DNA of 64,000 nt from Podarcis vaucheri (taxonomy: Eukaryota): assembly GCA_965113315.1 (NCBI GenBank), contig OZ220364.1, one strand, 5' to 3'. The notes under the pieces are model-generated. The model was not told where the DNA came from. It ran no database searches and worked only from the letters and a program-made list of their open reading frames with translations. The translations under genes and the position numbers were made by a program. Shown piece by piece: positions 61,462 through 64,000 of the stretch (positions are counted from its first letter, which is position 1; each line of letters starts with the position of its first letter).

Positions 61462-64000
61462 TATTTCATTTAGTGATTATAATGTTTAAGTCTATAGCGT
61501 TATGAAAAAATAGAGAATCATAATTGAGAGAACAAGGCATCTGACCTAGCCCAAGTTACAAACTTTACAAAGTTCCTGGGATATTAGAATTTTGAAAACT
61601 AATTATAGAAAGTATAAATTTCAGTCAAAGATTAATGAAGCTTATTAGAGCATATGCAGAGGCATGATATAAAGCAGGCATATATCAAGGATTGTCTAGT
61701 ATATGCTAAACCAGGAAAAACACAAGTAGCGTAGGATGAAAATCAGCTTCAGCAGACTGGTTTTGAACTTCTAGCAGTACGATTGGGGGTTGTGTGGAAG
61801 TTTTGGAACTTAAGACTTTCTGGCTCTTCAAGTTTGCTCTTGTTAATATGTTGAACATGTTTAGAACAAATAAAAGCATGTTAACTGTTCCTCTTGAAAC
61901 TCAGGGTAATTGCTGTGCTTTCTCAATATTTACTGATTGGGATTGTTGATTGCTCCAAAGCATAGTGCAGATTATGAGGTGCATCTGGGGCAAAAGCAGA
62001 AGTTCCATAGCAGTAACACAGTCCAGTATAGTCTGCTCTGTCTCTGCATGACAGAATACCTCCTGATTCTTGTGTGGACAGGGACTGCATGAACTCACTC
62101 CAGATACGCTGTTCCTGGAATATTTTAACTGATTGATTCCATTTTCCCTAAGATTTGGGAAAGTACAAATTGTCCCATCATTGTGCCAATGCTTGTTCTT
62201 CCATAGCAATGGCATCAAAGAAGTTCACTTTTTTCATCTTATTCAGATTCCATGATGAGAGACTGGATGCTGTTGGGTCTGTTACAGCATTGAATTCAGA
62301 CAAGTTTTGAGAGAGTGATTGTTGGAAGGCCATATTGCCTGGAAGGGCACTGATGGCCTTGGCCATGATGCTTTGATAAAATAAGTAGCTATCATCTACA
62401 CATTTATATCAGTGGTGCAGGGATTTTACTGGTTTCTGTTGCCATAATTTGAAGTGCTGATTTTGACATCTAAAACACTTTGTTACATGGGCAGTGTGTA
62501 CCTTGGAAATCTGCCTTTCTTCCTTTGCTTGATGGAGAGTTAGTGAAGAGCTGCTTTCGTTCCCCCAAATACATGGGGAAAATACAGACAGTGAGGACAT
62601 TGTCATGCTTATTGTCTGCATTCCACTTTTGGAATGTGAAATCAGTTTTGTTGTCAGAAATATGGTGGTGATCAAGTGTTGTCGGATGTATCATTATGCT
62701 TGTCAGACATGAAATAAATTTTCTTCAAAGAAAAAGCTGGCATGTTTATCACGCCTTGGTGAAATAGTTTGGGGGGAAATTAATAAGGAAAAAAAGTGAG
62801 ACATATGTGCATTGTTCCTTTGGCAATAAGACACTTTGCATCACATTGAATGAAGTTTTAAGGCTTCGCTACAATTTAGATAAAAGTTGTTGTGGTATAG
62901 TGAGCCAGTGGGCTAGGGACTGGGAAACAGAATCCCGCTTAACCCTGAAGCTCAATTGGGTGACATTGGGCCTAACTTAGGTGGGTTACAAATACGTTTG
63001 TTATCCTTTGGAGGCCTTACTCAAAGCAGCCACCATATATTGTATCTTGGCTGAAGCTTCTTCTTGCTCAGAAACAAGATTAGCTCTATGTATGTTATGC
63101 CAGTAAGAGTAGGATTTATTTTGAGAAAATTTAAACTGAGACTAGCACATAGCAAAAAGCTGACATTAGTGCCCTGTGTGCTGGTATTCTTTCATGCTGT
63201 AAAGTGAAGTAGGTAAGTCTTCCAGGTGTTTTCTCACATGAATATTGCCTTCTACCCAGTAATAGAGAAGCACTTAAATGAGCTCTCCTAGTTCTGAAAT
63301 TTGGCCTCTGCTCATAAAGCTCAGGGCATCCCTCCCATTTTCCAGTTTCCCTCCACTTCCCTCTTTCCACATCTGCAAATTTACCAAGTTGCAAGGTTAG
63401 ACAGTGTGGGGGGGAGAAGGAAAAAACCCGTTGAGATTAAAGCCCAAAACTGTTTCCTCTGTGACTCATCTGGTAGAAGGAATAAAAATGAATAATTGTT
63501 AGAGTTCCTATAATTTTTAGGAACTAGAGAGTTCAAACATACTCAGAAGCAAATCCTCTTGGCTGCCATTTTCCCACTTCTCTTCCGTCTCCCTTCACCA
63601 TGCTGCTTGATGAGCCTAGCCAATGGTACTGGCATACAAGAGAGCTGGAAGTGGTGGAGGAACTACCACCAAGTTGGAGAATTATTGGAAGAAGCCTGTA
63701 TTTTCTCTGAGAATTCCTCAAAAATACTATTAAAATTGCCATACCAAGTAAGGATAAGGAGTGCTTGCATACTTCCAATTTATAGATACTTGAGGATGAA
63801 CTATTAGAACTTTTATATTGAGTCATTAGACCAGAAACAATGTTTTTACTGCTTAGGTATCAGTACTGCAGTGTTATTACTCTAATGAAATTAGATGGAA
63901 AAATATCATCTGCATCTGAGTGGTGGGATGAAGCTAATCCCAAGCACCAATTAGGGTATTCGTGCATAATAACCAAATGTTACCTGAGGCCATTATGTTA

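Noticed and set aside
62252-62353. Possible C/D box snoRNA (ATGATGA...CTGA) in a ribosomal protein gene intron
   Set aside because: No terminal stem in the canonical register and no rRNA complementarity that I could recognise; a snoscan run would settle it

Overview
Eukaryotic (vertebrate) genomic DNA, almost certainly a squamate reptile and probably a lacertid lizard, judged from Sauria/Squam-type SINEs and the MITE families. The six-frame ORF track is mostly noise because the real genes are split into short exons. Two genes lie in tandem on the + strand. (1) ERGIC1 coding exons 2-10 span 11181-54386 and total 853 nt. With the expected 20-nt exon 1 CDS (not found, presumably upstream of the window) this gives a 290-aa protein. 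The 3'UTR has two candidate poly(A) signals. (2) A CpG-island/TCT(TOP) promoter and exons 1-3 of the 60S ribosomal protein uL24 gene, at the RPL26L1 syntenic position, span about 58174-60896. The last coding exon was not found. Introns are dense in SINEs, L2/CR1/Penelope fragments and Tc1/mariner and hAT MITEs, several of them nested. I see no clearly new gene system. The best leads are RNA-processing hypotheses: a GC 5' splice site followed closely by an intronic AATAAA and stop after ERGIC1 exon 5; inverted SINEs flanking exons 2-3, whose back-splice would create an ATG and a stop-less 135-nt circular ORF; two inverted-repeat pairs flanking exons 8-9; a MITE built of nested hairpins; and decayed Penelope hammerhead ribozymes. 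All identities were assigned by eye and from memory, with no database search.
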